A DNA stretch of 47,198 nt. It comes from Octopus bimaculoides. Taxonomy: Eukaryota. The DNA lies in NCBI RefSeq assembly GCF_001194135.2, contig NC_068981.1:154051613-154098810 (forward strand), written 5' to 3'. Shown piece after piece: positions 1-12,449 of this stretch; the first letter of the stretch is position 1; each line of letters begins with the position of its first letter. A program made the position numbers and the translations under genes. The notes under the pieces were generated by a model. It was not told the DNA's origin and did no database searches. It was given only the letters and a program-made list of their open reading frames with translations.

Positions 1-254
1 AGAGAGAGAGAGAGAGAGAGAGAGAGAAAGTGTATGCACACCGCTTTATATATATAATACAAAATGGGACAAGAATGCAAAACATCCAGACAGTTAGGTG
101 ATACAAGAAAGGGACAACAAAACATCCAGATAGATGATACAAAGAAAACAAGGACAGGTCATTTGGAGTTTTCTTTCATGAGTTGAGATCTAGGTTATCT
201 TTGCAATATTGAGTATAACCAGCTGAAATTGTATATATATATACACACACACAC

Positions 255-435
255 ACATGGTGCCACGTAAAAGCACCCAGCACACTCTGTAATGTGGTTG
301 GTGTTAGGAAGGGCATCCAGTCATAGAAACCATGTCAAATCAGACTGAAGTCTGGTGCGGCTCCCCAGCTTGCCAGCTCTGGTCAAACTGTCCAACCACT
401 GCCAGCATGGACAATGGACTTTAAATGATGATGGT
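255..435 (+). repeat. Solo copy of the RTE 3' tail; others at about 1585-1680 and 28935-29125
   Basis: cacgtaaaagcaccca...aggaagggcatccagc...ccagcatgga...ttaaa(t/c)gatgatg, same structure as 6300-6497 and 36338-36510. Confidence 0.8.
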
Positions 436-535
436 ATACACACACACACACACACATCCATTTGCACACATATATGTGTGTGAGTGTTTCATTAAAAATA
501 ATAGAAGTAACTTAAAATTTAAAGAGAAAACATAC

Positions 536-669
536 CTTCATGATATTTGAGGTAATTTCAGGATTTATTGGGTCAAACATATCGTTGCATTCAGACGAAT
601 TGTTCATTTTTCCTAGATTAGCAGCAGGGGAACAATATGACTCTCTTCTCGGTGAATAATTTTTTTTAT
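536..669 (-). CDS. tdrd5: Probable next coding exon of the TDRD5-like gene (linker leading into a likely third LOTUS)
   Basis: Long polypyrimidine tract then TTAG|AT at 670/669; phase 1 matches exon 2 (G|AT = Asp). Reads DKKNYSPRRESYC...DPINPEITSNIMK and ends at AAG|GTATGT, phase 0. Extra exons in the 10 kb intron cannot be excluded. Confidence 0.6.
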
Positions 670-1082
670 CTAATTGAAAAAAAGAAAAAAAAATTGCAAC
701 ACTTATACAATAGCAAAAGATGTGAAAGGAAAACTTGAATTGCATGGAATGACCGAATTTACAAGTTAAAATTTTTTCTTTTAGGAGTGATTCACATCAT
801 TGTGGTGATTATTGATGGGTAGTATTAATGTGCAAGTAGCTACTAGGCCTAGCAGTAGTCAAACATTTAAATCTATTATTTATTTATTTCATATTTCATT
901 TGATAAACAATTGCACTGCTGGTTTCAGGTTTCCAAAAGACTGCTCATTAGTCTCATGCATTTCTAAAAGTGAAGACAAGGGATTCTTTCTGCAGCTCAG
1001 ACCAAATATTATATAAGGGCATCTTTTTTGGTGGGTTGAGTGTTTCTCAGTGATGTTTGCATTTCACCACTATACATTAGCC

Positions 1083-1380
1083 GCAGGCATGGTTGTGTGG
1101 TATAAAGTTTCATTCCCAACCACATGATCCCTGGTTCAGTCCCACTGTGTGGCACTTTGGCCAAGTGTCTTCTACTATAGCTTCAAGCTGTCCAAAGCCT
1201 TGAGTGGATTTGGTAGACAGAAACTGAAAGAAGCCCATTGTGTATGTACACGTGTATGTCCTTGTAACTTAGTTGGTTGGAAAAAGAGACCAATAGCATT
1301 AAGTACCAGGCTTAAAATAAATTATTGAACACAGTGCCCCTGTATGGCTGCAGTCTAATGACCAAAACAAGTAAAAGATA
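1083..1380 (+). mobile_element. SINE family 1, internally deleted; followed by a partial minus-strand copy at about 1400-1555
   Basis: Same head and tail as 2656-3046. Confidence 0.8.
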
Positions 1381-2655
1381 ATTAGTAAAAACACACACAC
1401 ACTGGGCATTGTTTCGGTTTTCCACATTCTACTCACAAGGCATTAATCAATCCTCGGCTACATTAGAAAACACTTGCCCAAGGTGATGTGCAGTGGGACT
1501 GAAGCCAGTACCATGTGGTTATAAAGTGAGCTCTTTGACCACACAATCATGCCTGTACGTATTTCAAATCCCACAATATTTTTATCCAGATTGGAGCCTG
1601 GTGCAGCCTTCTGGCTTGCCAGTCCTCAGTCAAACCGTCCAACCCATGCCAGTATGGAAAGCGGACATTAAACGATGAAGATGAATAACTATTTCTAAGG
1701 AAATCTAAGAGATCACATACTTTATTCATATAGCATTCAGATTATTCTGTTGAATGTAATGCTTGATTCACTATGTTTTGAATTAAGCAAAGTTTTGATA
1801 CTTCAATGAATTGATTGTTTATTTTTAGAATGGCTTTGTAGGATAGGTTTGAAAAGTCAGTTTGAACACAAAACAGGTAAAATTCCAATCAATTAGTATA
1901 TCCTCAAATACATTTATTTAATGAGTCAAGAAGGGAGCCACTATATAGTTGATTGCTCTATTAAAAATAACAGCCAACTCTCACTCAAGTCACTCTGTTG
2001 TCTTAAAAAATGGTTACACTGGAAAATACAGCCCTACACACACAAATATATATTCTCACCCATACCAACATAGAAAATGTTGAATGATTTTATATGGTTG
2101 TCAAAGTAATTAAATAACACACACACACACACACAGGGTATTGATAAATTATCTTTATAATTTCCTCAATTTATCATATCCATTTATTGCTAGCAACTAA
2201 TGGAGCCTATGTGGAAGTGTTCTGATGTTTCTGATAAATATTTATTTATTTGCCAATATTTTCCAATAAACTCTCCTGAACTATGCTATTTTCGATTTTT
2301 TTTTCCTGATTTTTTCAAATTGTAATGGTAATTTATGGACACCCTAACTCCCTGTATGTACAATTATTACTTCAATGACAATCATACTTGGTGATAGATA
2401 TACGACTTCGGAGTTTCATGTATGTGCACATAATAATTTTGAACACTCCTTGAGTGTATATGTTATGGATCTCAGTTGAGCACTTGCAAAAGAAAGAGGG
2501 GTTAAAAAAGGCTGCTACAAGATCCATGTAAGATTTGGTGGTGGGGGGCATGCAACAAAATAGTAAATTCTGGATCCACAATAGTAATTTAAGGATCCCC
2601 TGAAAAAAATTTGCTTTGGATGTATTTGTATGTATTGCAAGAAACAGCAAGGTTT

Positions 2656-3046
2656 GGAGTGGCTGTGTGGTAAGTAGCTTGCTTATGAACCACATGGTTC
2701 CAGGTTCAGTCCCACTGCGTGGCACCTTGGGCAAGTGTCTTCTACTATAGCCTTGGGCCGACCAAAGCCTTGTGAGTGGATTTCGTAGACGGAAACTGAA
2801 AGAAGCCTATTGTATATATGTATATATATGTGTGTGTGTGTTTGTCCCCGCCAACATCGCTTGACAACCGATGCTGGTGTGTTTACGTCCTCATAAGTTA
2901 GCGGTTCGGCAAAAGAGACCGATAGAATAAGTACTAGGCTTACAAAGAATAAGTCCTGGGGTCAATTTACTCAACTAAAGGCGGTGCTCCAGCATGGCCA
3001 CAGTCAAATGACTGAAAGAAGTAAAAGAGTAAAGAGTAAAAGAGAG
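2656..3046 (+). mobile_element. Full-length tRNA-derived SINE (family 1)
   Basis: A-box-like TGGCTGTGTGG, B-box-like GGTTCAGTCCC, internal (TA)/(TG) tract, 3' gcggtgctccagcatggcc...aaaagag tail; many copies in the window. Confidence 0.9.
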
Positions 3047-5769
3047 TTTCTTTCCCTAACATTTTACATAGTTCAACCTACACAAGTTAATATGTAAAAA
3101 ATCAAATAAGAATTTTAGAAGAAGTATCTATAAAACTAGTTTTTAAACATCAAATGGTGATGGGGGTCCAGCAGAATAGAATTGTAATCAAAAGGGTCCA
3201 TAGATTAAAAAAAAAAATGGTTGAGAACTCCTGATTTAGATAATTTTAAACAGGAAATTTTCAACATAGAACCATGGATAGTCTCTGGTGGTTTGGTATC
3301 AGAGAGGTTATAGTTTATAGTCTTAGGATTTATATAAACCAAAACATTTAAGAGCTTTTGGAAAATAATCAAATCATATTTTTTCTTCAGATATTCTTCT
3401 ATAATCAATAACATTAAAACTATTTGAGGGGAAAAAAAAAACAATTAATAGAAATGGCTTAATTATAAGTTGTCAAAAATCCAATAAGAAATTAATTCTT
3501 GAAAAATCACTTTAGATGAAATAGATAATTAAATCTAATTGACTGATCTACAAACAGCCAGCTGTATACAATGTTTTCATTAAGTAGTTAACAAGAGATT
3601 TTTGTTCCTTTCAAATAGAAATATAAAAATCAATATTTTACCCATTAAATTACAAAATAGGTAGTCTAGAATATTTGCCAACAAAGAGAATCTGAATAGA
3701 TAAGAATCAATAGTGAAGAATTTTTAAGAAGGCAATCACAAAGGAAGATGATAAACTTAAAGGACATAACAGGCTATTTATTTCTAATGTGTTTAGTTTT
3801 AAAAAAATAAAATCTTGCAAACTTAATAAGAAATTAAAAAGAAAAACAAAAGAAATTACATGAATAATTAGCTTGAATAATAATTATATTGAATGGCGAT
3901 TGGTACTTTTACATGCTACTGTTTAGTCCAATGTCAGCCTTGATGGAACAAGTTTGGGATCTAAGAGAACCATGGGTAACCTTTCTCAAGAAACAGACTG
4001 CATGAGACATGGCTCATCATCAAGTGAGGTGCACTACTAAAGAAATTCCAGATAATTTTTCATTAGGCATGTCATACACAAAGTCCCATGGCCAGCAAGC
4101 TGCAAGTTGCCCACGAGTGATTTAAGATTTTCCAACATCTGCAACTATTCTCTGTCTTTCTGTAACAAGGACTACATTATCCAGTGTGTTCTTCCATTTA
4201 TGAAGACAACAGCAAGTGATTTGAGGGAAATTTAAGTTCTAACTCTAGCAACATAGCAATTTTACATCAATTCCCACCCCAGGTTAGCATGAACAGGGTA
4301 GGGATTTTTCCATTGTATAGCATGAGAGTTTTACTAAGGTCTTTATTACATCATGCCATTCCTATTCTCAACAACTATGACAATGGACACCAAGTGAAAA
4401 TTATTCTGATGACAGCACAAGAAAAGTTCTCTAATCTTCCCCAGAATTTCTAGATTAGAAATTTTCAAAATTCTGGAAAATGAAATAAAAGTAGGATGGA
4501 AATAGAAGAGAGAGGAAAATGCTTGTCATCACTTGCAAAGTTATTTTCTATCCTTTTCATAAATAGTTACAACACAATTCTTGCTTGCATTTCTTTGATA
4601 ATTGAAACATTTGTCCATTAACCAATATTCTCACATAAAAAAAAAGCAAGACATCTTGAGCTAATGAGCTGCTTTTATGAAGTTCATTTGATCTGTTAGA
4701 AATGGCTGTCAAATCATCTTAAAACAACATCTCTTTTACAGAAAAGTACACATTGGGTAATGAAGTCTGGAGTGTACTATTGCTGACAATGAAAAAAAAG
4801 TGGATCATGTCTTTGGTCATCAGTCTTCTGCTTGGGCTGAACTGAAGCTAAACAACAACCACCACAACCTCAGCACCCCTTTGTTATCAACACTAATATA
4901 CAACCAGTGACATACCAACTCTATATACTTCTAAACACTCACACATGTGCGTGTATAAATGTTCAGACAAGTGGAATGAAAACTGCCTGACCAGGAAAAT
5001 AGGCAAAATCCAGCAACAAAAAAAAGGGTATTTAACCTTTCAACTGTACCTCAATATGTATTCATCTAACCTATGCTCATATAGAAAAACAGAAGCAAAA
5101 GAATCAGCATCACCACAATCCCTCAATTTCTATATATGACAGGCTTCATACAGTTTCCATCTAAGAAATTTACTTACAAGACACCAGTCAGCCCAGGGCC
5201 ACAGTAGATGACACTTGTCCAAAGTGCCATTCAGTGGAGCTAACCTTGAAACCATGAATAACAACAATATATCTTGTGTGTAAATACCTCAGGTAAGCAT
5301 TCCACATATTAAGCTTAAATACAATAGTTTTGAGTTGAAAAGTTTTACTTAGTTGAGATTATCCAAGCAGTTAATATGCTATGTCTCCCAGAAATATTTG
5401 AAATCTAAAAACATTCAAGGGAAGTAACTGCAATAAGATCAGTTGACTGACATTTTCAAACAATTTAGATGATGCGAAGTCTCAGCTATTGTGTATAGCC
5501 AACAAGCATCACTCCCACTTCATTGTGAAGTTAATAGATTAACAGTAGAAAAGACATTCAAATGAAATTTCCTTGCTCCAGAGCTACATTTCAATTACAA
5601 AGAACAATTTCAATAAATTATTTAAGACTCTGGCGGCCATATCCCTTAGGAAAACAAAATAAAAAAGGAAACTATTTTAGTAATTAAAAATTTGGTGGGA
5701 TTTCATAAAATAACTAATTTCTCCATTATTAAGCTGCTGTAAAGAAAACTCAACAAATCTAAAGAAATT

Positions 5770-6497
5770 CGTACTTCGGACATGTGGTGAGAATGGAGGA
5801 GGATAGCTGCGTGAAAAAGTGCCACACCCTAACAGTTGAGGGAACCCGTGGAAGAGGTAGGCCCAGGAAGACCTGGGCTGAGGTGGTGAGGCAAGACCTT
5901 CGTACATTGGGCCTCACCGAGGCGATGACTACGGACCGAGACCTTTGGAAATGGGCTGTGCGTGAGAAGACCCGGCAAGCCAAGTAAGATCGTTGCCAGT
6001 GCCCCTGGACTGGTTCTTGTGCGGGTGGCACATGAGATGCACCATTTTGAGCGTGGCCGTTGCCAGTACCGCCTGACTGGCTCCTGTAGGATTTCCGAGC
6101 GAGATCGTTGCCAGTGCCCCTGGACTGGCTTGTGCGGGNNNNNNNNNNNNNNNNNNNNNNNNNNNNNNNNNNNNNNNNNNNNNNNNNNNNNNNNNNNNNN
6201 NNNNNNNNNNNNNNNNNNNNNNNNNNNNNNNNNNNNNNNNNNNNNNNNNNNNNNNNNNNNNNNNNNNNNNNNNNNNNNGCGTGGCCGTTTTCGTGCGGGT
6301 GACACGTAAAAGCACCCACTACACTCTCTGAGTGGTTGGCGTTAGGAAGGGCATCCAGCTGTAGAAACTCTGCCAAATCGGACTGGAGCCTGGTGTTGCC
6401 ATCCGGTTTCACCAGTCCTCAGTCAAATCGTCCAACCCATGCTAGCATGGAAAGCGGACGTTAAACGATGATGATGATGATGATGATGATGATATCA
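5770..6497 (+). mobile_element. 5'-truncated RTE-clade LINE (RT C-terminus, 3' UTR, (GAT)n tail)
   Basis: FGHVVRMEEDSCVKKC...GRGRPRKTWAEVVRQDL...DRDLWKWAV, stop at 5987, repeat-rich 3' UTR with a gap, (GAT)n tail. Confidence 0.85.
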
Positions 6498-7244
6498 TGA
6501 TGGAATATATTCATTTAGATTTAAACTGAATTTTTTTTATTACAGAACCAGAGCAGTATCAAGCTGGTTGATATCAAAAGGGTTAACAACAAAACTAGAA
6601 ACTTCAACCAATTTATTTCTTGTCTAAAATAAAACTGAAGCAAGTACATGTATGCAGGCATGGCTGTGTGGTTAAGAAGCTTGCTTTGCAATGACATAGG
6701 TCTGAGTTCAATCCCTCTGTGCAGCATCTGTCTTCTAAAGTAGCCCTGGGTTGACCAATACCTATGAGAAGAAACTGATAAATGGAAAGTGTGCAGAAGC
6801 CTGTCATTTATATCACCAGCATCTCCTCTCAAACATTCCATCCCACTTGCCTCTTCTCTTCTTATGATCCCTCTAATGTCCACCACTACCACTCCACCTG
6901 GGCAAAATGCATTACATTCTGAGTTCAAATTCCACCTAGGTTGACTTCATCCTTTGAGGGTTGATAAAATAAGTACCAGTTGAATGTGTAACCAGTTCAG
7001 TTGATCATACAACTGGAAATATCCTAGAAACAGATGAAGATCCATTTCCTTTAGTTTTTGTTTATTTATGCACATCAGCAAATGAGCCAATGAGGTAATC
7101 TGTGTGGTTGTTCAATTTGCTAGAAATAACAGCCAAATCTCCTTCACACTATGCTCTAACATTTTAAAAATGAAGGACACATTAAATAATGTCCTACATC
7201 TTCAATAAAAATACAGAATGGCTCATTCTGGCCTGACCTGAGTT

Positions 7245-8219
7245 TAAACTGAAATGCATTCGTTGCAACGAATGTAAATACAGAAAAACTTCTTGAAATA
7301 TATATGAATAATATGTAAAATATCAAGATAATTGACGAAAAATATCTACAATAAAATTCTAATTGATAAATATGAATTTTTATTAAAACAAAACACGTGG
7401 GTGAAGTAAATCACAACGTGCCGTTGTCATGGTAACAAGCTGTTAATACCTCGCTGTCTATTGATTGGCTAAAATTACCCAAATTTTCCCCAATTCCAAA
7501 TAACATCAGATTCATTAATTTACAAGATAAAGTAGAGGCTGATTTTGTGAATCAATTTAACTAGATCCTGTTTTTCTGTTGTCAACGGTTTTTCGCTGGT
7601 TCCTTCGATACTGGTTCTTTGATTCACTGAGTGACAAATTTCACTTCAATGCACAATTCTTTATGTTCCGTAAAAATTTCTTATTTACTTTCTGCCCGTC
7701 ATATTAAGAAACATAATTTCCGTTAACCAACTTATTTTCATTGTTTACTATCTTCTGCATCTCGGTATTTCTGTATACGTATATAACCTTGCCTAGAAGG
7801 AAAGTGTCAAATTTGTCTACAATGTTAAGGTCAGCCAAAAGAATGTCTCTGTTCAAGGAAAGAGACACAACTGCAGAAAGGGAAGCACACCAAGAAACGA
7901 ACAAACTGTGCACTACAGAAGCCAGAGCATCTCAAAGTGATGAACAGAGGTATGCACGGCTGACAAGGAATAGGGTTTCCACTGCAAAACGAAGAGCAGT
8001 TGCAACAGCTCAGAGGAGCAACTTCTATGAAGTAGCTTTTGATTATGATCCAGCAGTTCATTATGCAGATGACACTAGTGTTTCCAATGGTGCAATGATA
8101 ACTGAGTGCATACATTGTAAAGCAAGGAAGTGGCCTGGAGAGACACCTGCATAATCTAGACAGTGTTTTTAAATTTCATTATTTTCTTTAACCTGGGAAA
8201 CACTGGGTATTTCTGCTAG
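7245..8219 (+). mobile_element. Non-autonomous Helitron with an N-terminal RepHel fragment
   Basis: ORF 7741-8154 contains E.R..RL..R repeats and AFDYDP...M...C.HC.A.KW.GE, typical of a Helitron N-terminus. Canonical 3' end: imperfect hairpin acctgggaaacactgggt, then CTAG (8216-8219) and T. The 5' boundary is approximate. Confidence 0.8.
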
Positions 8220-8259
8220 TGTGTGTGTGTGTGTATATATATATAGAAATATATATATA

Positions 8260-8415
8260 CACATACGACAGGCTGCTTTCAGTCTCCATCTACCAAATCC
8301 ACCCACAAGACTGGTTGGTCATTGGGTAAGAAGATATTTGCCCAAGATGCCATGCAGTAGGACTAAACTTGGAACCATGTGGTTGGGAAGTAAGCTTCTT
8401 ACTACACAGCCACAT
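8260..8415 (-). mobile_element. SINE family 1, 5' half
   Basis: Reverse complement of the SINE head; similar halves at about 5130-5240, 6650-6810 (+), 8720-8930 (+), 10415-10540, 12100-12380. Confidence 0.75.
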
Positions 8416-9092
8416 ATATATATATATATGTGTGTGTGTGCATACATACATATGCATTAACACACTACACCATTATGGCCATGCCTGCAATTGAATGTAT
8501 GCATGTATATGTGAAAATTCATATTCCTTGTGATGGTGATGTTAACATGATTGGTGACTGTGCACTTTTTGAAGTGGAATAAAAAAGAATCACTTGCTTG
8601 AAAGACAGAAAGGTTAGTGACAAAAAGTGCATCAAACTATAAAATCCTAACACAAATACCTCTCAACACAAACTCATGCTAGCATAGAAAAATGAATGTT
8701 AAACAAACACATACCAATACACATACAGTGTGGTTAAGAAGTTCACTAAAAAGCTAGACATAGCTGTGTGGTTAAATGTGTTGTAAAACTGGTTTGTTTT
8801 TGGCACAGTCCCACTGCATAGCATCTTAATGAGTTGTCTTTTACTATAACACTGGGCCAACTAATGCCTTGCAAGTGAATTTGGAAGACAGAAACTGCAA
8901 GAAGCCCGTAGTATATGTTTATGCACATGCATGTGAATGCTGACAGTCCACTCATCACCACTTGAGCAAAATGGTGACCATGTTCACACTCCTTGACAAT
9001 ATGACCAGTTACCCCGATAAAAACCATTTTACTTGTAAACAGGTGAGAGCTGGAAACAAGAAGCACATTCAGCTGCAAAACTTTTGCCTTAA

Positions 9093-9302
9093 ACTCTTAG
9101 CATTTAAAGCAGCCACATCCAACCAAAATATTTTATCTGTTTCATGTTCAAGCTGGCCTCTCACACTTACCCTACAGTATCATTCTAAAAATAAACAATC
9201 ACAACATCAAAATCTCAAAACTACAAGACGACGTGGGATTAATTCAAAACACTGTAAATAAATAAGCATTACATTTGAAAAAGTAATGTGAAAGCTAAAG
9301 AA
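9093..9302. mobile_element. piggyBac-like MITE (copy 1 of 6)
   Basis: TTAA flanks, degenerate ccctttagcatt/aatgctaaaggg termini, shared core cacacctaccctacaatgtcattctaaaaataaacaatcaca. Confidence 0.65.
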
Positions 9303-9715
9303 TTAAATAACTCTATATCTAATGCATGCTAGCATAGAAAGACAGACATTTAATGAACATACATGACATGCATATCATTTGTATATCTTTTGGAAATGTA
9401 TAACAGTGAAGGATGCAAACATCAGCAAGAGAACCAAAAACCTGGTGCTCTTTGAATGCGTTGTTTTGTACTGAGCTACAAATACTCCCTTATCACACTA
9501 ACCATCATAAATGCAATGAATTAGTGACCAATCCACTGGTGATCTGTAACCAAGAATGATATTGTCCATAAATTGCATTACACAATTTAAATGGTATAAA
9601 ACAAGCCTCATTTATTTACTTTATATTACAAATGATGAATGATATCATTACTGGTTGCATGTTTTCAATGAGCCAATTGATCACTAGTTTACTGTATTTC
9701 TAATGACAAGATTAA

Positions 9716-9931
9716 CCCTTTAGCATTTAAACCAGCCATATCCAGCCTAAATAATCTTCCTGTTTTATATTCAAACTTGCTGGACCTAGCCTCTCACATC
9801 TACCCTACAATGTTATCTTAAAAATAAACAATCACATCATTGCAATCTCAAAACGAGATAATGCAAGAATAAATCAAACTATGAATAAATAAATAAGCAT
9901 TACATATGACAGAAATTTGAATGCTAAATGG
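9716..9931. mobile_element. piggyBac-like MITE (copy 2)
   Basis: TTAA|CCCTTTAGCATT ... AATGCTAAATGG|TTAA. Confidence 0.8.
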
Positions 9932-11003
9932 TTAACAAAGGAGTATTTGTAACTTGATGCAAAACAAATGTCTAAAGTGACTTTGTTCATAAAGTAATGG
10001 TTTTCCAGTTCTCTTGCCAATATTTAAACCTTTTGCTGAAAAATACACACAAATACACATGAATATAAAAGCCAAGCCCCCCCCCCCGCCAAAAAAAAAA
10101 CAGTAAAGGATCAAAGGAAATGTGAATTGCATAAAGTTCATCATAGGTAAACCATTGAAGAGAATAGTAACTGCAAATAAAAAATGTTACAGAGTAGAGG
10201 TAAGTCTTTAGTCCAATCAGGTGGCATTGGCTTAGTAAAATGCACACTGTGGTTAGTGAGGAGAATGGTACCTCACTCACCGAAAAACATGAAGAAAGTT
10301 GGGAGGTTATCTGTATTGCAGAGTGTGATAGAAAACTAAGGACCACAATGAGCGGTAAAATCCTAGATGGATGTAAACTGAGGATGATGGTGACATACTA
10401 TGGATCTCCAAGAGTTTCCATCAACAACATTCCATTCACAAGGGTTATGGTAGAAGACACTTGCCCAAGGTACTTCACAATAAGATCAAACTTGGAGCCA
10501 CATGGTTACAAAGCAAACATCTTAACTTTTCCATACATAGAGATACATATGTCTCCTGCACCCATAGCAATTATGAAAATAATTAAGCAGCAGAAACTGT
10601 AGAGCTTCCAGTATTAAATATTATCCCTGGATGTTGACTTCAAATCCCTTTAACTGGGATCGATCTAATGAACAATACCTCTACCATATACAAATGTGAA
10701 AACAAGACAAATTACTGAGAGAAATAATACAATTACTGTTTTTACAAAATAAACATATTTACATTGCTTTAAATTACTTAGAGGAAGAGCAGGACCTCTA
10801 AAACTAATGAAATTTTGCTCAGACCAAAGACCTGGCCTTGATTGCCTGCAAAGAAAGTGGCCTCTAGTGGTACTAAACTGGACAATGAATTAAATCTGCA
10901 ATGCAATATTTACTTTGGAAGGTCTTTATAACTTTCTAATGGCACAGAGCAAAATAGATCCAACTGAAAAAAAAAAAAAAAAAGAAAAGAAATGGCATCT
11001 TAC

Positions 11004-11398
11004 CTTTATGTATTTTGTCATCATAAGTGGAAGCATTTGAATAGGAATGTCTACTTTGAGAGTTAGGACTACCAAAGGCAGCATAGAATGGTTGACTATG
11101 CATTAAAGAGTATGATGTTGATACCTGTAATAATGGTACAGGTCTTTGTATGGAAGTCTTAAAACCCAAATTTTTTAGTGAATATGGCTGATGGTATGTA
11201 TTTGAAGGTGAAATAAAGTTATCTTGTGGGGAGTAGGGTGAACCATTTCTGTAGTCCATATTATAGGGAGGTTTCAGCAATTTATAGTGATATTGACCAT
11301 TCCTTTGTAAGATTCCCATCACCATTTCAGGAATAGATTGTAAAACTGCATCCAGTGAACAAAATCCACATTTCTCGTAGTTTAAAGAAGCACCAAAC
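11004..11398 (-). CDS. tdrd5: Second coding exon of the TDRD5-like gene (rest of LOTUS 2 plus low-complexity linker)
   Basis: Acceptor ttttacAG|G at 11399/11398 completes AG|G = Arg in phase with exon 1, giving YKAR-FGASLNYEKCGFCSLDAVLQSIPEMV, a typical LOTUS RFG..Y...GF.S motif. Donor AAAG|GTAAG at 11004/11003, phase 1. Confidence 0.8.
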
Positions 11399-11444
11399 CT
11401 GTAAAAGATAGTTAAAAAAATTGAAGCAATTATGGAGAACATCT

Positions 11445-11795
11445 TTTATTTGTTTCAGTCATTAGACTGCAGCCATGCTGGAGCACCATTCAAGAAATTT
11501 TAGTAAAATGAATTGACTGCAGTACCTATTTCTTTTTTAAAGCCTGGTACATATTCTATCAGTTCTCCTGCTCAGTTACAGGTTGTCAAGCAGTGGTGGG
11601 AGACAAACACAGACACACACTCACACATGTATAATGGGCTTCTTCCAGTTTCCGTCTACCAAATCCACTTACAAGGCTTTGGGCTGCCCAACACTATAAT
11701 ACGAGACACTTGTCCAAGGAGCCACACAGTAGGACTGAACTCAGGACCACGTGGTTAGGAAGCAAGCTTCTTTCCACACAGCCACACTTGTGCCT
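11445..11795 (-). mobile_element. SINE family 1, full-length
   Basis: Reverse complement of 2656-3046; its tail ends about 45 nt from the exon 2 acceptor. Confidence 0.85.
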
Positions 11796-12449
11796 TATAT
11801 CATTTTCAAAATAAGTTACCATTTACAAACAATGCTCCACAAAGTAAAAAGTGCTTGTCTCATTGTTATTACATCTGCTTTCTCTATGCTGGCATGCATT
11901 TTATGAGACTTATTCTTGTTGCCAATCTACACTTGCTTTCCAAGAAAGGAATTTTTATTCCACTGGTCTTCACATGAAAGAGCTATGGAGTCTGTTTACA
12001 GGAAACCTAAACAAACCTTTATTCAAATAGTGTTAACATAAAGAGATATACACCTGTATGTAAACTGACATACACCTGTATGTACATATATATTAAGCTT
12101 TTGTACAGTCTCTATCTCCTAAATTTCACTTACAAGGTATTGGTCAACCAGAAGTTATAGAAGACACTGAAAGCACTTGGTTCTGAAGTTTGTAACCACA
12201 CAACCAAGCCCAGCTAAGAGACAGGAACATTTTCACAAACACACACAAAATGGACTTAATTTCAGCCCACTAAATTCTCTCACAAAGAGTTGGTTAGCCC
12301 AAGGCTTATAATAGAAGACATTTGAACCTGAAACCACATGGTTGGGAAGCAAGCTTCTAACCCACAGAGCCATTAGCCTTCTCGTAAACCAGTGGTTTTG
12401 GCATTATATAATCAATGATTCACTGTTGTACTGAATTTTTTTTGTTCTT

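Noticed and set aside
2656-2730. tRNA-like A and B boxes
   Set aside because: They are SINE heads, repeated many times and followed by SINE bodies; no complete cloverleaf.
3205-3444. 79-aa minus-strand ORF as an extra tdrd5 exon
   Set aside because: No convincing donor, no recognisable domain, and its end runs into a hAT-like terminal repeat (ggttgagaactcctg).
5988-6300. CRISPR-like repeat/spacer pattern
   Set aside because: Degenerate units inside a LINE 3' UTR, no unique spacers, no cas genes, eukaryotic context.
10240-10602. 120-aa plus-strand ORF
   Set aside because: A chimera of the duplicated segment and an antisense SINE head.
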